Shown piece by piece: positions 46,317-55,093 of a stretch of 61,469 nt of DNA; position 1 is the first letter of the stretch; each line of letters begins with the position of its first letter. The stretch is from contig CACFGR010000001.1 in assembly GCA_902565955.1 (NCBI GenBank), positions 1-61,469 on the forward strand, given 5' to 3'. The notes below the pieces were generated by a model. That model had not been told where the DNA came from and did no database searches. It saw only the letters and a program-made list of their open reading frames with translations. Made by a program: the position numbers and the translations under genes. This DNA is from an uncultured Pelagibacteraceae bacterium (GTDB lineage: Bacteria; Pseudomonadota; Alphaproteobacteria; Pelagibacterales; AG-422-B15).

Positions 46317-46992
46317 CTTTCACTGTTCCCAGTTTTCTCTCCGCTAACCCAACGGCTAAAACTATAATGAAATTAATAATTAAATATATTGACCCCGCTA
46401 CTAAAAATATTTCAACAGGTGCATAGGTTTTTGAGATAATAGTACGAGCTATTCCAGTAATTTCCATAAGCGTGATGATTGATATCAATGAACTGGCTTT
46501 AACCATTAATATCAACTCATTACCATAAGCTGGCAATGCTTGTCGTACAGTTATTGGAAGCGTTATTAACAAAAATGTCTTAATTTTATTTAATCCTAAT
46601 GCTCCTGATGCTTCTATAAAATTTTTTGAAACAGACAGGATACCTCCTCGAATTATTTCTGAAGAGTACGCACCAGTACTAATTGTAAGCGTGACGATAC
46701 CGCACCAGTATGGCTCTTTTAAAATTGGCCACAATATACTCTCTCGAATAAATGAAAATTGACCAAGACCATAGTAAACAAAATACAACTGCAGTAATAA
46801 TGGTGTACCCCTAATTAAATAGACAAAATAATAAGCTGGTATTGACATTGATTTTCTGCCAGAAATTCTCATCAATGCCACGATTATAGCTAATGCAAGT
46901 CCAAGCACTGTTGAAATAGAAACGACTTGTAATGTAAGAGGAACACCCTCAATTATTTTGAAAAATGACTCATACATTAATTCAAATCTCAT
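46309..46992 (-). CDS. Polar amino acid/opine ABC transporter permease (HisM/OccM-like)
   Basis: 227 aa and about 5 TM helices. The EAA-loop region is EASGALGLNKIKTFLLITLP. Confidence 0.85.
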   Translation of the reverse strand: MRFELMYESFFKIIEGVPLTLQVVSISTVLGLALAIIVALMRISGRKSMSIPAYYFVYLIRGTPLLLQLYFVYYGLGQFSFIRESILWPILKEPYWCGIVTLTISTGAYSSEIIRGGILSVSKNFIEASGALGLNKIKTFLLITLPITVRQALPAYGNELILMVKASSLISIITLMEITGIARTIISKTYAPVEIFLVAGSIYLIINFIIVLAVGLAERKLGTVKAN

Positions 46993-47702
46993 AATGCCCC
47001 CTTAGATACAAAGCCTTTGGAGTAGGTATTTTCAGCCTTATCAAATAAAATATTAGAAAGCCTGGTAATTACCAAATACAGAATTATGGCAACCGTATAA
47101 AATATAAATGGTTCATGTGTCGAACCTGCCGCAATACGCGACTGACGCATTATCTCAACCAACCCAGTTACACTAATTAGTGCCGTGTCTTTGAGAGTAA
47201 TTTGCCAAACATTCCCAATTCCGGGCAGTGCAATTCTTGCAACCTGTGGAAATATTACTCTACCATAGAGACCATATCCATTTAGTCCAAGAGTTTTACC
47301 AGCCTCAAACTGACCTTTGTGAACGGAGTTAACGGCACCTCGAATGACTTCTGTAGAGTAAGCCCCTGAAATTGCGCCAACTGCAATTGTGCCAATGGTA
47401 AATGCATTCAATTCAATATAACCATCATATCCAAAAATTTTAGCAATATACATTACCGCACCGCTGCCACCAAAAAAAAGAAGATATATGACTAAAAGCT
47501 CAGGTATTCCTCTTATTATTGTTGTGTATGTATTTGCTATTATTTTTAGAATGAAAATATTTGATAGTTTACATGCAGCAAAAATAATTCCTATCAGAAT
47601 ACCTAAAATTAAAGATGATGCGCTTACAAGAACTGTCATCAGCGCACCCATGAGCATTTCGTCTCCCCATCCAGATGAACCAAAGGCAAATACTTCAAAC
47701 AT
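46989..47702 (-). CDS. Polar amino acid/opine ABC transporter permease (HisQ/OccQ-like)
   Basis: 237 aa. The EAA-loop is EAGKTLGLNGYGLYGRVIFPQ. It has an ATGA overlap with the downstream permease. Confidence 0.85.
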   Translation of the reverse strand: MFEVFAFGSSGWGDEMLMGALMTVLVSASSLILGILIGIIFAACKLSNIFILKIIANTYTTIIRGIPELLVIYLLFFGGSGAVMYIAKIFGYDGYIELNAFTIGTIAVGAISGAYSTEVIRGAVNSVHKGQFEAGKTLGLNGYGLYGRVIFPQVARIALPGIGNVWQITLKDTALISVTGLVEIMRQSRIAAGSTHEPFIFYTVAIILYLVITRLSNILFDKAENTYSKGFVSKGAL

Positions 47703-47714
47703 ATTTATTTATAT

Positions 47715-47750
47715 AAAAAAAAACGGCTGAGTATTAGTCAGCCGTTTTTT
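47715..47750 (-). terminator. Intra-operon rho-independent terminator/attenuator between the binding-protein and permease genes
   Basis: CGGCTGA-(7 nt)-TCAGCCG is flanked by an A-run on one side and a T-run on the other. On the minus strand the hairpin is followed by nine U. Confidence 0.7.
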
Positions 47751-47769
47751 AAAGTTATTAATTTCAAAA

Positions 47770-48603
47770 TTATGGTGCTAGGTCTTTACCAAACCATTGC
47801 ATTGATATTTTAGAAATTGTTCCATCTGCAGCTGCATCAGCTATTGCTTTATCAAACATCGCTTTGAGATCGGCGTCTCCTTGTCTGATACCTGCACCAA
47901 CGCCCTCACCTAATAGCCCTCCAAATACATTTGGACCAAAAGTTACTACATTAGAACCACCTGAAGTTTCCATAAACGCTTCTGCTGTTCCGACATCGCA
48001 TAACATCGCATCTATTCTACCAGCAGCAAGATCAAGGTTCATTTCGTCTTGTGTCGGATAAACCTTTAAGTTTGAATCTAAGTATTTATTTGCAAAATCC
48101 TCGTGGATTGTTGCAACAGTTACTCCAATATTCATTCCTTTCATTGCATTGTTTAATGCACTTATTGTCCCCGATGTAGCGCTGCTATCATCATCAAGAT
48201 TTAAGTTTTTAGCTGAAGTAAAAGTACTTAATGGTGAACTGTTAAGTGTGAAAAACCTAGCTGGTTCTGTCATATAAGCTTTAGAGAAACTAATCGTTTT
48301 TTTTCTTTCTTCTGTCACTGACATACCTGCCATGATAACATCGTATTTACCATTAACTAGTGCAGGAATAATTCCATCCCAGTCCTGTTGAACGAATTCA
48401 CATTCAGCATTCATTCTCTTACATAGATCTCTTGCAAGGTCTAGCTCAGCGCCAACAAGGTTTCCAGATGCATCTGTAAAGTTCCATGGTTCATATGCAC
48501 CTTCAGTGCCAATTCTAATTTTTGACCAATGACCGTCCGCTAATGCCATTGAAGATATGGCGCTTATAGCCAATCCAATTATTAATAATTTTAAATTTTT
48601 CAC
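47770..48603 (-). CDS. Periplasmic polar amino acid/opine-binding protein (SBP family 3)
   Basis: 277 aa with a signal peptide ending SMALA. IRIGTEGAYEPWNF, GAELDLA and DVIMAGMSVTEERKK are SBP_bac_3-like. It starts at GTG, preceded by GGAGG at 7-nt spacing. Confidence 0.85.
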   Translation of the reverse strand: MKNLKLLIIGLAISAISSMALADGHWSKIRIGTEGAYEPWNFTDASGNLVGAELDLARDLCKRMNAECEFVQQDWDGIIPALVNGKYDVIMAGMSVTEERKKTISFSKAYMTEPARFFTLNSSPLSTFTSAKNLNLDDDSSATSGTISALNNAMKGMNIGVTVATIHEDFANKYLDSNLKVYPTQDEMNLDLAAGRIDAMLCDVGTAEAFMETSGGSNVVTFGPNVFGGLLGEGVGAGIRQGDADLKAMFDKAIADAAADGTISKISMQWFGKDLAP

Positions 48604-48687
48604 TAAATTTCCTCCAAATTGAAATAAACAGAAGGATAGGGTCTATTAAAATTACTAAATGAGCAAGAAAAATGTTAGTTTTACTTT

Positions 48688-48915
48688 TTATTTTTGAAGT
48701 TTATTCCAAAGATATATAATGATTGCTACTGAAATTATACCCACAACACCCTCACTTCCTAATTGGTTAATCAAACCTACCAAGTTCTGAGTAATATTTT
48801 TTCCTAAAAAAGGTGATGATGGTCCAAAAAGTACTTCCAAAATAATAGCTATTGCTATCAGCAATAAGCCAAAATCAATGATTTCTCTTAATATTTGCTT
48901 AATTCTTGAGATCAT
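48688..48915 (-). CDS. Small two-TM membrane protein, paralog B (unknown function)
   Basis: 75 aa. It is about 40 percent identical by eye to the adjacent 71-aa ORF. They share G-L..L-A, SxPFxG, N-Q-L-G-x-x-G-V-V-G and a C-terminal hydrophobic helix. Confidence 0.5.
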   Translation of the reverse strand: MISRIKQILREIIDFGLLLIAIAIILEVLFGPSSPFLGKNITQNLVGLINQLGSEGVVGIISVAIIIYLWNKLQK

Positions 48916-48927
48916 ATTTTATTTTTT

Positions 48928-48959
48928 ATCACCTCCCATGCGCAAACATGGGAAGTGAT
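48928..48959 (-). promoter_or_regulatory. 13-bp intercistronic hairpin containing a GGAGGUGAU element
   Basis: Minus-strand RNA: AUCACUUCCCAUG-(uuugcg)-CAUGGGAGGUGAU. All 13 positions pair (one G-U). On the plus strand that position is a C-A mismatch. The hairpin lies between the two small paralogous ORFs. Confidence 0.5.
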
Positions 48960-48966
48960 AATATAA

Positions 48967-49182
48967 TTAATCTCTAAATAACCAAAGAATAACACCAACA
49001 GCAATTAATCCAACAACTCCGGCATTTCCTAACTGGTTCACAAGAGATACGATATTGCTAGCTATATTGCCAACAAATGGGATGCTTCCTCCGCTTAACA
49101 GGCCAATAACAATACCCAAAGCTAGCAGTGAAAGACCAAGGCTGGTTAGAGCCTTTATCGCGTTCTGTGCGTTTCTAATCAT
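48967..49182 (-). CDS. Small two-TM membrane protein, paralog A (unknown function)
   Basis: 71 aa, preceded by a GAGGGGGAAAG SD-like element. It is paralogous to the ORF at 48688-48915. Confidence 0.5.
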   Translation of the reverse strand: MIRNAQNAIKALTSLGLSLLALGIVIGLLSGGSIPFVGNIASNIVSLVNQLGNAGVVGLIAVGVILWLFRD

Positions 49183-49373
49183 AACTTTCCCCCTCGTTAT
49201 GTTTATTTAGATAGCAGTACTATATTTAGTACATAAGTGAACAGTATATTCTAAATATGGTAAAACAAGTTTCTTTTATAATTTAAGTAATTGAATTTAT
49301 TTGATTTTTTCTAATATTTTTAAAAATGTTACATTTATACAACATTATTTTTTACATCTGCGCGGGGTTGATT

Positions 49374-50942
49374 CTATTCAATCTGCATTAGTAGCTCAGA
49401 TACAAGTTTATGAATATCTAACTCTTTTGATGAAATTCCATAGATCTTTTTATCTGGTCTGATAATTATTTCACCTTTTTCTAAATAATCGGACAATTCG
49501 GGGCCGATATCAAAATTAGAATAGTCAAAAATAAATTTAAAATTTAGGTTGATTAATTTTTTATAAATATCCTTGTTTAATTCATTTCTTACATCTCTTC
49601 TCGAAAATATTGCAAAACAGTTTCCGACCATTTTATCTAAGTAAGCATTACCTTGTTTATCGGTAATCTCTCTATTAGATAGTCTTCTGTTAATGATCAT
49701 GTCACTCTGTGAATGACTAAAAATCCCTTTTTTTGTATCCTTTTCATCAATTTTGTTATTTCTCCCAAATGCTTGATCTCTAGCTTCTGGGGCGATTGCC
49801 TCCTCTAATGGCATATTTTTCTGAAATGCCATAGATAGTGAATCAATCAATTGTCCAAGTGCAATAGATGATTTTATGGTTTGCTTTATTGGTTGAGCTC
49901 TCTCTAAATCATAAGAACGTAGTAGATTTTTGTTACAATTAAAATTAACAACTAAATTAATCTTCCATATTAGATTTAGTATATCTCTAATTCCGGTATT
50001 TAAACTTTGACTTGCATAGGGCGGCATTTGATAAGCAGTGTCACCTATTAAAAAAACATTGTTTTTTTGAAAAGTATTAGCAAAACATCCTTTAAAATTT
50101 TGAATAGATATATTTTCAATCTCGTACTGATTAGGCTCTATCCATTGTGAAATTAGGTTTTGAATATTATTTTTTTGAATAATTTTTTGGTGTTGTTCAC
50201 CCGTTAGTAATTGAAATTCAAACCTATGTCTTCTATCTGAAAGAGAAATATAAGAAGTAGGTCTTTTATCGTCACAAATTTGCCTGAAAACGTTTTCTAA
50301 ACTATTTTTATTCTTTAGCAATATATCGACAAGAAGCCAATTTTTTGAGTATCTTTGATCAACGGACTCAATGTCTAATTTATTTCGTACAAAAGAATTT
50401 GCGCCGTCGCATGCAATTAGGTAAGGGGCTTTAAAATGATTTAATTTGTTACCACTTTTTGTATCGAGACCCACTTTATTGTCATTTAAACTAAAATTAA
50501 TTAGTTCGTTATCGAATAGTAAATCTATATTTTCATCAGCTTTACATTTCTCTTTTATTATTTTTTCAATCTTTGGTTGAAAAAAAGTGCAAACAGAAGG
50601 AAAATCGTTTTCAGTGTTTAATACTGGATTACGTTGGATCACTTTTCCATTTGTTAGTACAATGTCAGTAAAATCTGGTTTATTTAGATACACTTTTAAA
50701 GCGTCGTATAAACCAATACATTCCAGTAAACGTAAACTTTCATCATCGAATGATACAGCTTTTGAGGAAAATTCAGTGTCCGATTTTGACTCAATAACTA
50801 ATGTTCTAAGATTGTATTGGCTGCATACTTTTGCACAGATTTGACCAATTAGTCCAAAGCCCACAATTGCAACATCATATTGATTAATATTACTAGTCAA
50901 AATAACTCCTAGATAATGAAATCGCTTGACTCTTACTTTCAA
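49374..50942 (-). CDS. Class A FAD-dependent aromatic-ring monooxygenase (MhpA/PheA-like)
   Basis: 522 aa. DVAIVGFGLIGQ (GxGxxG), ACDGANSFVR (DG motif) and LIGDTAYQMPPYASQSLNTGIRD (GD motif) are present. The start is uncertain: the track uses the TTG at 50942, and a second TTG at 50900 is also possible. Confidence 0.7.
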   Translation of the reverse strand: MKVRVKRFHYLGVILTSNINQYDVAIVGFGLIGQICAKVCSQYNLRTLVIESKSDTEFSSKAVSFDDESLRLLECIGLYDALKVYLNKPDFTDIVLTNGKVIQRNPVLNTENDFPSVCTFFQPKIEKIIKEKCKADENIDLLFDNELINFSLNDNKVGLDTKSGNKLNHFKAPYLIACDGANSFVRNKLDIESVDQRYSKNWLLVDILLKNKNSLENVFRQICDDKRPTSYISLSDRRHRFEFQLLTGEQHQKIIQKNNIQNLISQWIEPNQYEIENISIQNFKGCFANTFQKNNVFLIGDTAYQMPPYASQSLNTGIRDILNLIWKINLVVNFNCNKNLLRSYDLERAQPIKQTIKSSIALGQLIDSLSMAFQKNMPLEEAIAPEARDQAFGRNNKIDEKDTKKGIFSHSQSDMIINRRLSNREITDKQGNAYLDKMVGNCFAIFSRRDVRNELNKDIYKKLINLNFKFIFDYSNFDIGPELSDYLEKGEIIIRPDKKIYGISSKELDIHKLVSELLMQIE

Positions 50943-50991
50943 TTTAGTTTGAATTCAAGCCATTATTTAATTTGTTAAAAAAAGATTTGAA

Positions 50992-52098
50992 ATGGCAAAA
51001 ATAGTAAATTCATGGAATGAGTGGGATCCTCTTAAACACATAATCGTTGGTAGAGCAGATAATTGCTGCATTGCTCCAGTTGAACCTGCAATGGCTCCGA
51101 AAATTCCTGAAGATTCTGACATGAAAGGTAAATTTGGACCAAGACCACAACATACAATTGATAGAGCAAATTATTTACTTGATAATTTCTCTGATATTTT
51201 AGAGAAAAGAGGAATAAAAGTGGATCGTCCATCACCACTAGATTTCAATCAGAAAATTGGTACCCCAGATTGGAGCATAGAAACAATGTTTGGCTGCATG
51301 CCTCCTCGCGATGTTATACTTACTTTAGGCGCTGAGATGCTGGAAGCTACAATGTCCTTTCGTTCAAGATGGTTTGAGTATTTATGTTATCGACCGCTGT
51401 TACAAAGCTTTTTTGACCAAGACCCAGAAATGAAATGGGAAACTGCTCCAAAACCAAGGTTAACAAATAAATCATACAGGGATAATTATCTTGCAGATGA
51501 AATAACAATAGACCAAAGATACGAATGGGTTGCCGATAAAAAGTTTGTTACCACTGAAGAAGAACCACTATTTGATGCGGCCGATGTGTTAAGAATGGGA
51601 AAAGATTTATTTATTCAACACGGTTTCACAACAAACTTAAAAGGCATTGATTGGATTAAAAGACACTTTCCAGATCAACGTATTCATGTACTAAATTTCC
51701 CAACTGACCCTTTTCCTACACATATTGATGCTACATTTACGCCATTGAGGCCAGGATTGATATTAAATAATCCTGAAAGAAGACTACCTGATGAACAAAG
51801 AAAAATCTTTAATGATAATGACTGGGAAATAGTCGAAGCCGCTAGGCCGGCTCACAATTCTCCCCCTCCATTATGCTATTCAAGTGTATGGTTAAGCATG
51901 AACGTTCTTATGCTGGATCCAAAAACAGTTTGCGTTGAAGAAACTGAAGTTCACCAGATGGATCAACTAGATAAGTTAAATTTTGAAGTTGTTCCGGTCC
52001 CGTTCAGGGATGCTTATCCATTTGGTGGCGCTTTACACTGCGCAACAACTGATGTTTATCGTGAAAGCAGTCAGGAGGATTACTTTACAAAACAATAA
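50992..52098 (+). CDS. Amidinotransferase, glycine amidinotransferase (AGAT/GATM)-like
   Basis: 368 aa. WNEWDPLKHIIVGRADN, MPPRDVILTLGAEMLEATMSFRSRWFEY, TAPKP, KFVTTEEEPLFDAADVLRMGKDLF, HIDATF, VWLSMNVLMLD and GGALHCATTDVYR parallel the conserved blocks of vertebrate GATM, including the catalytic Cys context. Confidence 0.85.
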   Translation: MAKIVNSWNEWDPLKHIIVGRADNCCIAPVEPAMAPKIPEDSDMKGKFGPRPQHTIDRANYLLDNFSDILEKRGIKVDRPSPLDFNQKIGTPDWSIETMFGCMPPRDVILTLGAEMLEATMSFRSRWFEYLCYRPLLQSFFDQDPEMKWETAPKPRLTNKSYRDNYLADEITIDQRYEWVADKKFVTTEEEPLFDAADVLRMGKDLFIQHGFTTNLKGIDWIKRHFPDQRIHVLNFPTDPFPTHIDATFTPLRPGLILNNPERRLPDEQRKIFNDNDWEIVEAARPAHNSPPPLCYSSVWLSMNVLMLDPKTVCVEETEVHQMDQLDKLNFEVVPVPFRDAYPFGGALHCATTDVYRESSQEDYFTKQ

Positions 52099-52101
52099 TT
52101 T

Positions 52102-53229
52102 TTAATAATTAGTTTTCTCAATTATGATATTTCGATTGATATAACAATTCATTAAAAGTCCAAACCCAAACATAACTGCTAACATCGAACTTCCTCCATA
52201 GGATATAAATGGAAGTGGAACTCCTACTACTGGAAGCAAGCCTGTGACCATTCCAATATTCACAAAAACGTAAATGAAAAAAACATTACATACTCCTAAG
52301 GACAAATATTTACTAAATAAGCTGCGACTTTTTAGTGCAAGACGAATAGAAATCATAATCAAAGCTGCATATATTAATAACAAAAACAATGTCCCTATGA
52401 AACCAAATTCCTCACCTAACATTGTAAATATGAAATCTGTTTGCATTTCAGGAAGAAAATTTAGATGGCTCTGAGTACCTTCCATGTAGCCTTTCCCAAA
52501 AAGACCGCCAGAGCCAAGAGCAATTTTTGATTGCATTATATGGTATCCATTTCCAAGAGGATCACGTTCAGGATTAAAAAAAGTAAACACTCTGTCTTTT
52601 TGATAATCTTTGAGATATTGCCACAAAACTGGTAATGAACATAAAATTGAAAATACGCCTACTATAAAATATTTATAATTTAAACCAGAGATCCAAAAAA
52701 GACTTATTCCGCCAAGTAGAATTATTAGAGCTGTACCTAAATCTGGCTGTATAATTACTAACAATACTGGAACAATAGTTATGATCAGTGGAATAATCAA
52801 AGTCTTGATAAAACTGCTATCGTTATTTATAGAATGAAAATACTTAGCCAACGCTAAAATTAAAGTATATTTTACAAATTCGGAAGGCTGTAGACTTATA
52901 CCAGCTATATTTATCCATCTAGTAGCACCGTTACTTTCAATTCCAAAAAAAGGGATGATAACCAAAGAAATTATGCTCAGGAAAAAAATTACATATGCAT
53001 ATCCAAATATTAACCTTAAATCAAAGATTATGACTATAAAAAAGATGATTAATCCAAGTATAAATCTCTGAGTGTGCTTCAATGGCCACGAGTTAAAGTC
53101 ACCATTTGAAATACTATATAATGCAGCTAAACCCACAAAAAATAATGTAAATATCAAACCCAATAGAGGACAATTTATATTTTGTAGCTTAGCAAAGACT
53201 GAGCTATATATATTATTTTGATTATACAT
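52102..53229 (-). CDS. rodA: Rod shape-determining protein RodA (SEDS family)
   Basis: 375 aa polytopic protein. QPSEFVK, QPDLGTA, LPEMQTDFIF and PLPFISYGGSS are SEDS motifs. It lies downstream of mrdA. Confidence 0.9.
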   Translation of the reverse strand: MYNQNNIYSSVFAKLQNINCPLLGLIFTLFFVGLAALYSISNGDFNSWPLKHTQRFILGLIIFFIVIIFDLRLIFGYAYVIFFLSIISLVIIPFFGIESNGATRWINIAGISLQPSEFVKYTLILALAKYFHSINNDSSFIKTLIIPLIITIVPVLLVIIQPDLGTALIILLGGISLFWISGLNYKYFIVGVFSILCSLPVLWQYLKDYQKDRVFTFFNPERDPLGNGYHIMQSKIALGSGGLFGKGYMEGTQSHLNFLPEMQTDFIFTMLGEEFGFIGTLFLLLIYAALIMISIRLALKSRSLFSKYLSLGVCNVFFIYVFVNIGMVTGLLPVVGVPLPFISYGGSSMLAVMFGFGLLMNCYINRNIIIEKTNY

Positions 53230-55093
53230 TAAATATTTCGTTTCGCTTTAGATTAAGCTTATTTTTAAATAAATATTTAAATATGTCTGATGCAATTGGA
53301 GCTGCAGATCCTGATCCACTTCCTCCGTGTTCAACAATTACAGAAACTGCATACTTTGGATCTGTGATTGGGCCGTATCCAATAAAAAGACCATGATCTC
53401 TTTTTTCCCAGGGTAAATCTTTATTTTTTATTAAACCTTCTTCTCGTTCTTTAATTGATATTGCCCTTACTTGAGATGTACCTGTCTTACCAGCCATTTT
53501 GTACTTACCGATAATTCTTGATCTATAAGAAGTCCCTTCCGGAGCATTAGTAGCTTCGTCTAATGCATTTTTAATAATTTTTAGATATTTGGGATCTGCG
53601 ATAATTCGCTCATCATAAACATTTGGATTCTCAGTACCATATATTAATTTTGGATTAAGCCTAACTCCATTATTAATTAGTTGTGCTAACGCGAGGGACA
53701 GCTGCGCTGCAGTTGTTAAAAAATATCCTTGGCCTATACCAGCAGATAATGTTTCTCCTACCATCCATCTACTACCAAGATTTTCTAATTTCCACTGTTT
53801 GTTTGGAACTACTCCACTTTTTTCTTCATAAAAAGATTTGAAAACTTTTTCTCCTAACCCATATCTTTTACAAACCTCTGCAATTTTATTAATACCTACT
53901 CTTCTTGCAATTTGATAAAAATAAACATCACAGGATACTTTTATAGCCTTTGTCATATCTACATTTCCATGTCCTTCCTTCTTCCAGCAATGAAATGTTT
54001 TGTATCCTGAATCTAGACTAGTATCTTCTATTAGGTGTTTCCCATCACAAAAAAAAGTTTCTTTATGAGAAATTCCTGACTCTAAGGCTGCCAGTGCAAC
54101 AAATGGTTTTATGGTTGATCCAGGAGGATATTGATTGGATATCGACTTATTAATCAATGGTTTATATTTATTTGATAATAGATTTTCCCAAGTTTCATTT
54201 GAAATAGATTTACTAAATATATTTGGATCATAGGATGGCGAGGAAGCCAATGCATAAAACTCGCCATTTTTAACATTAATAACAGAGACACTTCCACTAA
54301 GTCCTTTTAGTCTTTCATAGCAAAATTTTTGTAATTCTGAGTCAATAGTAAGTTGTATATAGTTTCCTTGTACACTATTTACTCGATCAAGTTCTCTAAT
54401 TTCTCTTCCACTGGCATTAACTTCAATATTCTTATTGCCAAGTTTACCTCGTAAAATTGCATCTTTTGCTTTTTCTACACCTATCTTACCTGCTTTCGCT
54501 GTGCTTAGTTTAGATAACGGGTTTGACTCTTCTTCGCTCTTACTTATTGGAGAAACATAACCAATTAAATGTGAGTGTGACTCTCCTTGAGTATAATATC
54601 TTTTAAAGCCAATTTGAGTATAAATTCCCTCTAATTTATGAATATTTACATTTATTTTAGAAAAATCCTCCCATGTCAAGTCATCGATAATTCCAATGGG
54701 AATAAATTTTTTTCTTGAATTTACTTCCTTTAATATTTTTTCTATATCTATTTTAGCGTTAGGCATAATTGATCTTAGACTAACCAATGACTTTTCTACG
54801 TCTCTGGTTTCTTCTTTTATTATTATAATTTCATATTTTTGTTTATTGACCGCTATTGGTCGCCCCTGTAAATCAAAAATAATACCTCGTTCTGGTTCGA
54901 GAAATCTGTGTGTTATTCTATTTTTATCTGATAATTTTTTATAGTTACCATTTTCAGCGATTTGTAAATAAGCCAGTCTTCCAGCAAGTACAGAGAATAC
55001 ACCGGCTTTAGCAATTGTGACGAGCGCTGCTCTTCTATTTATTAAATTTTCAGTATCATATTTTTGGAAAATAAATTTACCTGATTTTTTCAT
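53222..55093 (-). CDS. mrdA: Penicillin-binding protein 2 (elongasome transpeptidase)
   Basis: 623 aa with an N-terminal anchor. It carries SxxK (PPGSTIKP), SxD/N (VSCDVYF) and KTGT (AGKTGTSQV). Confidence 0.9.
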   Translation of the reverse strand: MKKSGKFIFQKYDTENLINRRAALVTIAKAGVFSVLAGRLAYLQIAENGNYKKLSDKNRITHRFLEPERGIIFDLQGRPIAVNKQKYEIIIIKEETRDVEKSLVSLRSIMPNAKIDIEKILKEVNSRKKFIPIGIIDDLTWEDFSKINVNIHKLEGIYTQIGFKRYYTQGESHSHLIGYVSPISKSEEESNPLSKLSTAKAGKIGVEKAKDAILRGKLGNKNIEVNASGREIRELDRVNSVQGNYIQLTIDSELQKFCYERLKGLSGSVSVINVKNGEFYALASSPSYDPNIFSKSISNETWENLLSNKYKPLINKSISNQYPPGSTIKPFVALAALESGISHKETFFCDGKHLIEDTSLDSGYKTFHCWKKEGHGNVDMTKAIKVSCDVYFYQIARRVGINKIAEVCKRYGLGEKVFKSFYEEKSGVVPNKQWKLENLGSRWMVGETLSAGIGQGYFLTTAAQLSLALAQLINNGVRLNPKLIYGTENPNVYDERIIADPKYLKIIKNALDEATNAPEGTSYRSRIIGKYKMAGKTGTSQVRAISIKEREEGLIKNKDLPWEKRDHGLFIGYGPITDPKYAVSVIVEHGGSGSGSAAPIASDIFKYLFKNKLNLKRNEIFNV

